From the NCBI GenBank assembly GCA_048128005.1, contig JBEUKZ010000038.1:124001-188000 (forward strand): a DNA stretch of 64,000 bases. Direction: 5' to 3'. The number at the start of each line of letters is the position of its first letter. The stretch's first letter is position 1. The notes beneath the pieces are model-generated. The model had not been told where the DNA came from and did no database searches. It saw only the letters and a list, made by a program, of their open reading frames with translations. Positions 26,108-37,402 of the stretch are shown here, piece by piece. A program made the translations under genes and the position numbers. Source of the stretch: Veleropilina oligotropha. Its lineage: Eukaryota.

Positions 26108-27100
26108 TTAAGTGTGCCACAAACTTGCAAAATGTCTATAAATCTTCGACTTCTCGAAATAGCCACTTTTGGCTTGGATAACTGTTTCGCAAGTATATGG
26201 CATTTGGCTTACAAGTTTTGCGAGATAATCACCCAATGCGTTTTCCCAGCTTTCCTTCTGCAATTTCCAGAGATGTGTGCAACTACCGGTACTGGGTTGT
26301 TTCGCTTTCAGTCTTCGGATTGGTCCGGTCCGGTCATAAATTTGAGATGTCCTCCATTCTCCTTTTTCACCAGATATTTTTTGCACAAATTTGATGTAAT
26401 ATTGGGGTTGCTATCTTTTTGAAAACGAATGAATGTCCTACTAGCCGTTATCCTGATGGAATGGCGTGTCTCTGCGGTATGCTGTGGCAGTCATGTTGGC
26501 AGATGATACCAGGAACCATGCTACAGATAGCTTTAACTTTACTAGCAAAACATCCCCAGACCGCGACGCTGTCTCCCCGTGTTTGCCAAATGGAACAACA
26601 CGTACAACTCATGGGATCACCCTCACTGTGTCTGACAAACTGTCTGCGGTGTGATCCAAATACTTAAGATTTTGACTCATCCTTCCATAAGACTGATTCC
26701 ACTCGTCAGTTTTTAGTTCCTGTGTTTTTGGCACAGAAAAATCATTTCTTCTTACTAGTATTTATAACTATATAACTAGTATTTATAATTATAACTCCCA
26801 GTAGTGCTTTCTTGGCATCAATTTATCCTGTTAGGTCAGCATCACGCAACCTCCTCTGAACAGTGTATGTCGAAGCATCAATACTCCTGGTGCATTTAAC
26901 TGATCTTGTATTTCAAGGGTAGTCAATCGCAAGTTTCGGTGACTTGTTACTCGAATGAACTTGTTTTCTCATTTGGGGCTCACCCTTGGTCTGCATGACG
27001 TCTTGTGGGATCCTCACGACTACCTGTTTGTACGAACCGGTTTTGGCCAGTGTAGTGACAGACAATGGGAAATTTGTGCACGATTGACCCCCATTTCTCA
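26108..27100 (-). pseudogene. Tc1-like transposase remnant
   Basis: C-terminal 'ESWEN...YLAKLVSQMPYTCETVIQAKSGYF' resembles the Tc1 transposase end; stops and frameshifts. Confidence 0.8.
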
Positions 27101-27922
27101 AATTAAGTACAGACTGTCCCTTTTCCTTACTTACCTGGACTGTTTTGTTAATTTTACAACACCATTATAATCATTAATAAGAAATGTCTGCAATTTCAAG
27201 TTAAATATATTGTTCACTTGAACTCACAATTGTTTATACGATTAACTGTGATTCAATGAAAGAGGGCATGTTTGATTGAACACAAAGTGCATATACACAT
27301 AAAGAGATACATTTAGCCCGTGAGATAAAACACAAAGTATTTTGATGAATCGGAGATTTATAGAAATTGTCAAGTTTCTTGAACATATGTAGTTACAAAC
27401 ATACTTACGTCCTTACTCTTGCCATAATAGTCATATTATCGCCAACCGGAAACAGTGAATAAAGTCACATTATGCACTCCTTTTAAGTCAAAACACTACG
27501 ATTACCTCCCCTGCTCCACCTCTCCTAAGTTCCCCCAGCGAGATCTCGCCAAGTCTCGCGAGACTTCCGAGCCATCGAAGTCACAAGACCTCAATTCAAA
27601 GTTTTCCGCCGAGACGGAAAGACGTGTTTTTTGCTCCGCAAATATTTCGAATGTCCGCTGGTTTATACGTTAAATCGAGGACGCTATAAATCTTATATTA
27701 AGATAATATAAGTTGTGGAATATACCCTGTGTTGTGGATAACAAACACAAGTGAATATAAGATCTGTTCTAACAACTTCAAGAAAAAAGTTGTGAAAATG
27801 AAGTGAAACCGACATCGCCGCTGTTGCAGGGAAAAGCATGGCCGCTTAGAGGGGAAGTTTCGTGTAGTAGAAGAAATTTCTGGTCGGTATTTTTATCTGA
27901 TATTGTTTGAGACTGCAAACAG

Positions 27923-28101
27923 GTAACTCATTATATTGGATAATTCCTTAACGACGCTTATTGCTGGTAATTTTGTATAAAAATTCTAGCGTCGTTAATA
28001 GGCAGGATTGTTTAGATATCACTTTTAGTTATTCTGATATCCTGTCGTTGCTGGGATAATACGCCATTGTACTAACTTAAAAACATCCACGAGGTTTTCA
28101 G
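27923..28101 (+). other. putative spliceosomal intron in DIRS leader (also 42167-42346 and 56004-56182)
   Basis: CAG|GTAACT donor, TACTAAC at 28070-28076, TTTTCAG|G acceptor; conserved in all three copies. Confidence 0.6.
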
Positions 28102-28360
28102 GTGTTTTCCTGGGCGTTTTTTTCTAAGAAAGAACCCCCGTTTGTTCTAGTCAATTTGCCGGGTTTATTACCCGGTACTGCCGGGTTTATTACCCGGCCT
28201 CGGTGTCCCCAGTTCGGGGTTATTTTGCGGTATATCGCTTGATCTTTGATCTTCAGATCAGGGCAATTTAAAGTGTTGTAGTAGTTAAGAGTCACAACTA
28301 CCAAATATATACCTATTTATCTACCCCGTCCACCCACTACCACCCTCCCGTGTATCAGCT

Positions 28361-30610
28361 ATGGTCCGGTGCAGTAACTCCGGGTGTCACCAGAAGATCC
28401 ACGGGTTTGATAAGCACACGGAATGCCGCGTTCATCGTAATTGTACTCGTAAGTATCAATGTGAACTGTGCTTAGGTTTGTCAGAGAAGCAGTGGGCGAT
28501 TCTTTTCCCTCCGGTGAAGCCGACCAGGGCGGCTGCCACGGTGGGTCCACCCCCGGAGAAGGGGCAGGAAGAGACGAGTAAGTTAAGGGATAACGTTTCT
28601 TCTTTGTCTGCTTCAGGGACGCTGGACGACAGCCGACGTAAGGTGCCGTCTGTCGCCGGATCTACCGGCGAAACCTCCGCGACTCATGGGGGAGTCGCCG
28701 AAACCTTGCCGGGAACCCAGATTCAGGTAACAGCCCGAATGCAGACCGTTACTCCTCCAATGGGCCTAGTAGCTGCAGCCAACCATACCTTGCCGGCTAG
28801 CAAGGTATATCTGGCAGCGCAGCGAACAGCTGAGCAGGGCAGACGATCCCCCTCCTATTCTTCGGCCTCGAAGAATCCGGGGAACGTTAGTCCTTCTGCG
28901 GGAAACTCTCCGTTTAACGACGGGGAGCGACCCAATGAGAAAGCCTTTAAAGAGGCCGGACACCATTTCGATGGTCTAAGATCCGGACAATTGGCGACAC
29001 CTGAATCCTCGGTCGAGACCGACGCGACTACCCCGAGGGGTTTTCCGCTCAACCTCGATGCTCACGAGTCTTTCAGAGGGCCCGGTCTCTCCCGTGCACC
29101 CACGATGGTCACGCTAGAGAACGAGGACAGACTGGCTGCGTTCGGTGAGGGGTTCTACGGCGGTTTTCCGACCGTGCCTCTCGCGAACAGAGCGGTAGAC
29201 CGATACGGACTGTTGCCGCAGTCCTACCGGTCGTCCGGCCCACCGAACGCGCCTTCGGGCCGTTCTTTCGGGTTCGACCGCTCGACAAGTGCCCCGAGAC
29301 GCTGGTTCTCGGCTCCACCTGTCCATGCAGCCCGTCTACCTAGCGCCACGGTATCCTCGACAGCACTACCGGCTGTTAGTGCGACGCCCGTCCTGCCTCA
29401 GGGTTTCTCTTTGGAGAATGTCCAGGCATGGATCGCGGCGGGGTTCGAGGAACAATGTAAGGCCTGGCCGACGGCTCCCCAGCCGCGCCTGGTACCTACA
29501 TATCTGCCCCTGGCGCAGAGCACGGCTCCTGCCTCCGTGATGGAGATCGACCCTCGTTCCGACGAGGACCTCGGTTCAAATCACTCCGACCTCCCTGAAT
29601 CGGTCGGGCCCGAAGACGCAAGTCTTTCAGGCATGCAGGAGCCGACCTCCTCCACCCGCCGAAGGCTCGACGCCGTTGCGTCACTTCGCGGGGTGCTTGG
29701 GCTGCCGGAACCGACTCGGTCGGCCGTAGGTTCAGCCAAGCACAGGACGGCAGCACATCGGTTTGTTGAGAGGGAAGCCCCCGTGCTTCCCTCCTTACCT
29801 CAGTCTGGGCTGGTCGATCTAGTGGTCGACTCGACGACCAAGCTCATACAGGGGCGCAATCCGGTGGAGTCCTCCCCGCTGACCAAGTTCCCTTCGGGGT
29901 TCCGTAGTGGGAGGTACCTCCGGGCCAGTGCGCGAGCGATCCCGTTCGCTTGTACTGGTCCGTGCCTGGCGACTGAGCCGGCTCATGTGGACGCAGCGTT
30001 GCGTCGACTGACCGCCAGTCACACTCCCTCCGTGGCGAAAGTTCCTTGGTCCGCCTTGGAAGCTTTCGAGAGCGCCGCCCGACGGGCTCTGCGGCTGTCG
30101 TCCGTTCAGGATTTTTTCTTGGACGGGGCGATAGCCGTACTACAGGAGGAAGGACCCGGCGCCCGCGAGGCTGCCCTGTCCTTCCTTCAGGAGGTTGCTG
30201 CCGCACAGGAGACCAGCGCGTTGGAGACGGGACGTGTCCTGGGCAATGCACTCCTACTTCGTAGGGATGCTTGCCTGGAAGGCACCTCGCTAGACGAGGC
30301 CACCCGGCGCTCGTTGCGATGCGTGCCTTGCTCGGCCACCACTCTTTTTGGCGACAACTTTACGGAGTTCGTCGACAAGAGAGCGGCGGACATGAACGAC
30401 CGTGCCATCGAGAAGGCGGTACTGCACCCTACCCGGGGTCCACCTGCCGACTCGAGGAAACGCTCAGGGCCCACCCGGACCCCGAAGCCTTCCAAGCGTG
30501 CGAAGCCCTCTTCGGGTGGTAGGCCTCCGGCCAATAAACCCACTCAGACGAGGCGAGCACCTCCAGCGAAACCCCGTAAGCAGAGCGGGAGAGGGAAGCC
30601 TCGGCCCTAG
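28361..30610 (+). CDS. DIRS copy 1 ORF1 gag-like protein (749 aa; N-terminal Cys/His cluster, basic C-terminus)
   Basis: Long ORF in ORF1 position, conserved in three copies. Confidence 0.85.
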   Translation: MVRCSNSGCHQKIHGFDKHTECRVHRNCTRKYQCELCLGLSEKQWAILFPPVKPTRAAATVGPPPEKGQEETSKLRDNVSSLSASGTLDDSRRKVPSVAGSTGETSATHGGVAETLPGTQIQVTARMQTVTPPMGLVAAANHTLPASKVYLAAQRTAEQGRRSPSYSSASKNPGNVSPSAGNSPFNDGERPNEKAFKEAGHHFDGLRSGQLATPESSVETDATTPRGFPLNLDAHESFRGPGLSRAPTMVTLENEDRLAAFGEGFYGGFPTVPLANRAVDRYGLLPQSYRSSGPPNAPSGRSFGFDRSTSAPRRWFSAPPVHAARLPSATVSSTALPAVSATPVLPQGFSLENVQAWIAAGFEEQCKAWPTAPQPRLVPTYLPLAQSTAPASVMEIDPRSDEDLGSNHSDLPESVGPEDASLSGMQEPTSSTRRRLDAVASLRGVLGLPEPTRSAVGSAKHRTAAHRFVEREAPVLPSLPQSGLVDLVVDSTTKLIQGRNPVESSPLTKFPSGFRSGRYLRASARAIPFACTGPCLATEPAHVDAALRRLTASHTPSVAKVPWSALEAFESAARRALRLSSVQDFFLDGAIAVLQEEGPGAREAALSFLQEVAAAQETSALETGRVLGNALLLRRDACLEGTSLDEATRRSLRCVPCSATTLFGDNFTEFVDKRAADMNDRAIEKAVLHPTRGPPADSRKRSGPTRTPKPSKRAKPSSGGRPPANKPTQTRRAPPAKPRKQSGRGKPRP

Positions 30611-32683
30611 GGCTGCCGGCATTTGCGACGGTCCCAGCTGTCTGCTTCCGCCGGTGGGAGCGTGTCTGTTAGCGTACAGCCAGTCGTGGTTAGAGCTAAC
30701 AGACAGCAGCTGTGTCCACTTAGTCGTGAGTGCCGGATACAAGTTGGCATTCAACCGGCATCCGACCCTAACCGAGGCACCACCACCAAGACACGCTCGC
30801 CTCCTAAACGGAGAGAAACAAGCGGTCTTAGACCAGGCAGTGCGGGATTTGCTCCTAAAAAGAGCGATATATCCCGCGCCGCCAGCACACCAGGATTTTA
30901 CAGCCATTTCTTCCTGGTCCCGAAACCCGATGGCCGCTGGCGACCGATCCTCGATCTCTCGCATCTCAACCGATATCTTCGCACCGAGAAATTCCAGCAA
31001 GAAACCCTCTCGAAGATACGAGCGGCCATCCGTCCGGGAGACTGGGCAGCGTCTATCGATCTGACCGACGCGTATCTGCATGTCCCGATGCATATCACGG
31101 CTCATCAGTACCTTCGGTTTTTACACGGGGAGACGATCTACCAATTCAGGTGCCTACCGTTCGGTCTATCGTCAGCCCCGTACGTCTTCACGAGAACAGT
31201 ACAGGCCCTCGGAGCCTTCCTACACTCTCTAGGGCACAGGATACATATGTACCTCGACGACTGGCTGATCCTCGGGGCGTCCCGGGATCTGTGCCTCCGG
31301 TCTACGAGCTTTACCCTGTCATCGACGAAGCGCCTGGGATTTCAGATCAACGAGACAAAATCCTGCTTCGTGCCCTCGACGACGTTTACGTTCCTCGGAG
31401 TCAACTTCGATATGGTCCGGTACACCGCGAAACCGACACAGAAACGTATGCGGAACCTACGCGCTGTTATCCAAGACACCCTGTCATCGGACATAACTAC
31501 GGCGCGACAACTGGCCACTGTCCTGGGGCACATCGAGTCGGTAGCGACCCTGCTACCGACGGGTCGAATGGACAAACGACCGTTACAACAGGCGTTCAGG
31601 GATCGCTGGATACAACGGACGGGGCAGTGGACGGATCACATCGATCTTCGGCATTGGTTTACCAGCACAACAGCAGTGTGGTTGAACCCTGCTTTGCCGG
31701 ACCAGTCGGTTCCTATATCCCCGCCAGAGCCGAACGCTTACCTGTTCACAGACGCTTCGAACGACGGCTGGGGAGGTCACCTCGACAGTTACGAGACATC
31801 GGGCCTATGGCCGACGGACCTTCAGGGACGACACATCAACTTCCTAGAGTTACAAGCCGTCTACCTGTCAGTACGGTCCCTCTCGTCACATCTCCGCAAC
31901 AAGCACATAATGCTCGCCACGGACAACACGACTGTCGTCGCTTACATCCAGCACCAGGGCGGCACTCGCTCGCGTCCCCTTTGCGACCGAGCAATAGACC
32001 TACACCGCCTAGTGATGTCCCTCAACTCGACGATTCGAGCCCGACACATCCCGGGAAAGCTGAATGTCAGAGCGGACTCGCTCTCTCGGAAATCACAGAT
32101 AATACACACAGAGTGGACGCTACACAGCCGAGTAGCTCGGGACGTTTGTCGCCGGTGGTCACAACCCCAAGTCGATCTGTTTGCAACAGAATTCAATTAC
32201 CGACTACCTCTGTATGTCTCCCCGTACCCGGACCCGGCCGCCCTAGCGGTCGACGCACTGTCAATGACATGGGAGAATCTGTCCGCGTATGCCTTTCCCC
32301 CGTCGTGCATTCTGACACTGGTATTACAGAAGGCATCGAACGAACGTTGCGAGATAACGCTAATCGCGCCCCTGTATCGCACGCAACCTTGGTTTCCGAC
32401 CCTCCTCGATCTGATCGTCGATCGACCGTTAGCGCTCCCGCAGAAACCGGACCTGTTAATGCAGCCGCGCACCCGTGTACTACATCCATCGCCGAACGAC
32501 TTACGTTTACACGCCTGGCGGTTATCGAACGATCCCTTGCTAAGAAAGGATTTTCTCACGCAACAGCCCTATGCATCTACCGATCGAGAAGGCTTTCCAC
32601 GACAAAAGTTTATGACTACCGATGGGTCAAGTACGTGGATTGGTGTCACAGCCGGCAGGTCAATATTCTCCGCCCCCCTGTGA
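30402..32683 (+). pseudogene. DIRS copy 1 RT-RNaseH-adenine methyltransferase-like ORF, 1-bp deletion near 30884
   Basis: IDLTDAY, LPFGLSSAP, YLDD, LFTDAS, VDLFA...YAFPP; gccgccagc versus gccgcccagc in copies 2 and 3. Confidence 0.9.
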
Positions 32684-33594
32684 ACAAGTTTATCGAGTTT
32701 TTATCGTCGCTCTTTGAATGCGGTATGTCAGTGTCTGCCGTCAAAGGCTATCGGGCAACGATCGCGACCACGTTAAAACAGTGTCGTGCCCATGTTGGCC
32801 TATCTAACGACCGAACGATTTCGGATTTTATACGATCCTACGAACTCGAGATGCCGACCCGAACCATACGGCCACCTGCCTGGAATATCGTTCTCATTCT
32901 TAACGCTCTACACTTACCCCCGTACGAGCCGATGTCCACGGTGTCTATGAGGAACTTAACGCACAAAACGGTTTTTCTGATCGCCTTAGCGTCGGGCAGG
33001 CGTTGTTCCGAGATTCATAGTTTATCCGCCGAGCTACGAGATATTCGATTCCAGTCAGACGGGTCGGTGATGCTGCGTCCTATTCTGGGCTTTCTCGCCA
33101 AGAATCAACGGCCGAACGAGGACGCACCTGATATTATTATCCCCAAGCTTACGCTGGTCAGAAGGCACGATGCAGACCGGTTAAACTGCCCCGTGCGGGC
33201 CCTGCGCTTCTACCTCGACAGGACCCGTGATATGCGGCAAGGAAAATTACGTTTATTCATTTCGTATTTACCTACTTATACCCGCGACATTACGAAGACG
33301 ACTGTTTCGCGGTGGATTTCACAGGTAGTGAGAGATGTATACCTCCGCTGTGAAGAAGTAGACCGCACTATTTTGTCGGTCCGCGCGCACGAGGTCCGTG
33401 CAATTGCTGCTTCCATTGCCTTCCGACACAGTTTAAATATCACAGCGTTGCTTCAAGCAGGTTACTGGAAGAATGCTAATGTCTTTGTCAAGTATTATCT
33501 GCGGGATTATTCAACTGGTGCTGATGGGTTGAGCAGCTTACAGTGTGTTGCTGCTCAACGATGTATTGTTAGACCGAGGTCGTCTAATCAGTGA
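30611..33594 (+). CDS. DIRS copy 1 tyrosine recombinase ORF (catalytic part ~32520-33594; upstream overlap broken by the same deletion)
   Basis: SGRRCSEI, LAKN, HEVR, GYW, FVKYY = R-K-HxxR-W-Y set. Confidence 0.88.
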
Positions 33595-34796
33595 GTATTG
33601 TTCCTTGATTTATCAATTTACATAATCTGTGCTGATGCAATGCTATTGTTATGCCTAGCTATTCTATGAAATAGACATTATGAGGCAATTCAATGTATGT
33701 TCATTTCTTAAAAACATTTTAAGATTTTGATACTTTCATGTCATACCTGAGTATTTTGACAATCCAGTTCACATTGAATTTAATAAACAATTATTTTGCA
33801 AAAACGTCTTATAGAATTTTGAGGTTCAATATTATTGATGTTCTAGGCTGTTACAAAGAACATACGATGTTCAAGACATTGAAAATTTTTTAATATTTGC
33901 GTCCTTAAAATTTATTTTAAGTAACATGTTATACTCATGTTAGCTATTCGCAAGTTGGTCATGCGAATCACTTATTAATATCGATTATTATAAATAATCT
34001 ATTAATTCTTTGCTTAAGATTTGATATATTCACAGCCTAACTATGGTTCCGTGTGCTTACAAATCCGACTGCTTCCTCTGGCTACCTGCCTATGGGCCGG
34101 AGTACCATTTGGCTGCCACTGGTCCATGACACGTAAGACCTACAAGGATTCATCCTTCCGGCCGTGCCTGGGGCTGAGTGCACTTCCGCTTCACCTCGTC
34201 CGACTAACACCACGGCGTATTCTCCCGGTAACACTGGTCGAAATTCTCGCTTGGTAAGAGTAGAATATAATACTCAGTAAAATTCCACTCTGGGCGGACA
34301 CAATCGACGCTTCAAATGCTGATTGAAATGGTGAAAAGTAAGTCATTATCTTGTTTGGGTTTGTTGTAAGGAACTTCTTACCCACCTATCCAAGGTTATT
34401 CTGGCAAGAGTATCTCAGTAAGGACATAAGTATGTTTGTAACTATATATGAGGTTTTTAATTAAACCTAATATTAGTTAAAACATACTTACGTCCTTACT
34501 GCGATTACCCACCCTGCGTTTCGCATTCCTCCCCTCTACTAAGTTCCTTTGGGGTTCTGAACTTTGAATTGAGGTCTTGTGACTTCGATGGCTCGGAAGT
34601 CTCGCGAGACTTGGCGAGATCTCGCTGGGGGAACTTAGGAGAGGTGGAGCAGGGGAGGTAATCGTAGTGTTTGACTTAAAAGGAGTGCATAATGTGACTT
34701 TATTCACTGTTTCCGGTTGGCGATAATATGACTATTATGGCAAGAGTAAGGACGTAAGTATGTTTTAACTAATATTAGGTTTAATTAAAAACCTCA

Positions 34797-37015
34797 TTTT
34801 TGGCCCGCCTTCTAAAGGCAGGGCTATAGCCGTGTACTGGCGTCCGTCGTCCGTCGTCCGTCGTCTGTCGTCCGTCGTCCGTCGTCTGTCGTCCGTCGTC
34901 CGTCGCCAGATGCTTTCTGTCACATAGAAGATGAACCGCTGGACTTACTCCTTTCAAAGTTGGTATACATCTTATATACCATCAGGCCTAGCCCAAGTTC
35001 AAAGATGGGGTCGCTGGGTCAAAGGTCAAGGTCATTTTCATGTGTTTCCGTTCTGGCACTTCGAAGATTGCTTTCTGTCACATAGAAGATGAACCGCTGG
35101 ACCTACAGCTTTCATAATGGGTATACACCTTGTATACCATCAGGCCTTGGCTAAGTTCAAAGATGGAGTTACTGGGTCAAAGGTCAATGTCATTTTCGTG
35201 TATTTCCGTTCTGGCACTTCGAAGATTGCTTTCTGTCACATAGAAGATGAACCGCTGGACCTACAGTTTTCATAATGGGTATACACCTTGTATACCATCA
35301 GGCCTTGGCTAAGTTCAAAGATGGAGTTACTGGGTCAAAGGTCAATGTCATTTTCGTGTATTTCCGTTCTGGCACTTCGAAGATTGCTTTCTGTCACATA
35401 GAAGATGAACCGCTGGACCTACAGCTTTCATAATGGGTATACACCTTGTATACCATCAGGCCTTGGCTAAGTTCAAAGATGGAGTTACTGGGTCAAAGGT
35501 CAATGTCATTTTCGTGTATTTCCGTTCTGGCACTTCGAAGATTGCTTTCTGTCACATAGAAGATGAACCGCTGGACCTACAGCTTTCATAATGGGTATAC
35601 ATCTTATATACCATCAGGCCTAGCCCAAGTTCAAAGATGGGGTCGCTGGGTCAAAGATCATGGTCATTTTCGTGTATTTCCGTTCTGGCACTTCGAAGAT
35701 TGCTTTCTGTCACATAGAAGATGAACCGCTGGACCTACAGCTTTCATAATGGGTATACACCTTGTATTCCATCAGGCATTGGCTAAGTTCAAAGATGGGG
35801 TTACTGGGTCAAAGGTCAAGGTCATTTTCATGTATTTCCGTTCTGTCACTTCGAAGATTGCTTTCTGTCACATAGAAGATGAACCGCTGGACCTACAGCT
35901 TTCATCTTGGGTATGCACCTTGTATACCATCAGGCCTAGCCCAAGATCAAAGATGGGGTCGCTGGGTCAAAGGTCAAGGTCATTTTCGTGTATTTCCGTT
36001 CTGGCACTTCGAAGATTGCTTTCTGTCACATAGAAGATGAACCGCTGGACCTACAGCTTTCATCTTGGGTATGCACCTTGTATACCATCAGGCCTAGCCT
36101 AGCCCAAGTTCAAAAATGGGGTCGCTGGGTCAAAGGTCAAGGTCATTTTCGTGTATTTCCGTTCTGGCACTTCGAAGATTGCTTTCTGTCACATAGAAGA
36201 TGAACCGCTGGACCTACAGCTTTCATCTTGGGTATGCACCTTGTATACCATCAGGCCTAGCCCAAGATCAAAGATGGGGTCGCTGGGTCAAAGGTCAAGG
36301 TCATTTTCGTGTATTTCCGTTCTGGCACTTCGAAGATTGCTTTCTGTCACATAGAAGATGAACCGCTGGACCTACAGCTTTCATCTTGGGTATGCACCTT
36401 GTATACCATCAGGCCTAGCCCAAGTTCAAAGATGGGGTCGCTGGGTCAAAGGTCAAGGTCATTTTCGTGTATTTCCGTTCTGGCTCCGAAGATTGCTTTC
36501 TGTCACATAGAAGATGAACCGCTGGACCTACAGCTTTCATCTTGGGTATGCACCTTGTATGCCATCAGGCCTAGACCAAGTTCAAAGATGGGGTCGCTGG
36601 GTCAAAGGTCAATGTCATTTTCGTGTATTTCCGTTCTGGCACTTCGAAGATTGCTTTCTGTCACATAGAAGATGAACCGCTGGACCTACAGCTTTCATCT
36701 TGGGTATGCACCTTGTATACCATCAGGCCTAGCCCAAGTTCAAAGATGGGGTCGCTGGGTCAAAGGTGAAGGTCATTTTCGTGTATTTCCGTTCTGGCAC
36801 TTCGAAGATTGCTTTCTGTCACATAGAAGATGAACCGCTGGACCTACAGCTTTCATCTTGGGTATGCACCTTGTATACCATCAGGCCTAGCCCAAGTTCA
36901 AAGATGGAGTCTCTGGGTCAAAGGTCAAGGTCATTTTCGTGCACTTTGATTATTTTCCTCTCTATGGATTTATATATCCAAAAGGCGGGCCTGTATGAGG
37001 ATCATACCTCTAGTT
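34797..37015 (+). mobile_element. HINE-like element with (CGTCCGT)n and 13 x 158-bp satellite-like core array
   Basis: ggcccgcct/aggcgggcc subTIRs, unit starts 34912, 35070, 35228 ... 36811, gagg..cctc hairpin, CTAG-TT end. Confidence 0.85.
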
Positions 37016-37402
37016 CTGTTATTCATGGATTTGTCGGTTTATATGCGTTTTTAAATGATTACAGTACGCTATGTGACATAGTGTACTGTAATCATTTAAA
37101 AATGCATATAAACACACATATAAACCGACAAATCCATGAATAACAGAGAAAGGTTCAAATTGTGGAATAAAACTTTATCAAATATCAAAAAATACTGTTT
37201 TCAGTGGGTGTACTCAAACTTTTGACTGGTACTGTAATATAATTCATGAACATGAGCAGTAAGGATGTAACCATTTGTAATGACGCTCAATCTTGTCATT
37301 TCAAATGACGTTTAAATAATGCACATATTCTATTATATATTTCCAATGCCGGCTGTCCTGATACTCTAGCAGGGTGTATTCTGAATATGATTATCACTGC
37401 AG

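Larger units (their letters stand above)
27386..34796 (+). mobile_element. DIRS1-type tyrosine-recombinase retrotransposon, copy 1 (full length, one frameshift)
   Basis: Inverted terminal repeats 27386-27603 / 34560-34796; internal complementary region (ICR) ~34402-34500; gag, RT-RNaseH-MTase and YR ORFs; no TSD. Confidence 0.97.
25992..37234 (-). mobile_element. Tc1/mariner DNA transposon (degraded), containing nested DIRS and HINE
   Basis: Perfect 25-bp TIR CAGTACCAGTCAAAAGTTTGAGTAC at both ends, TA TSDs. Confidence 0.92.

Noticed and set aside
28766..32559. Antisense ORFs inside DIRS copies
   Set aside because: Short shadows of GC-rich dual-coding sequence; recurrence reflects copy identity only.
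28361..33594. Prophage or bacterial retron/integrase contamination
   Set aside because: ITR and ICR architecture, gag-RT-YR order and intronic context identify a eukaryotic DIRS element.
28240..34330. Hammerhead ribozyme in DIRS UTRs
   Set aside because: No CUGANGA-stem-GAAA core found by eye on either strand; a covariance search would be needed to exclude other ribozyme classes.
35749..37143. Repeated ORFs (MYFRSGTSKIAF...)
   Set aside because: By-products of the 158-bp tandem array; unit length is not a multiple of 3.
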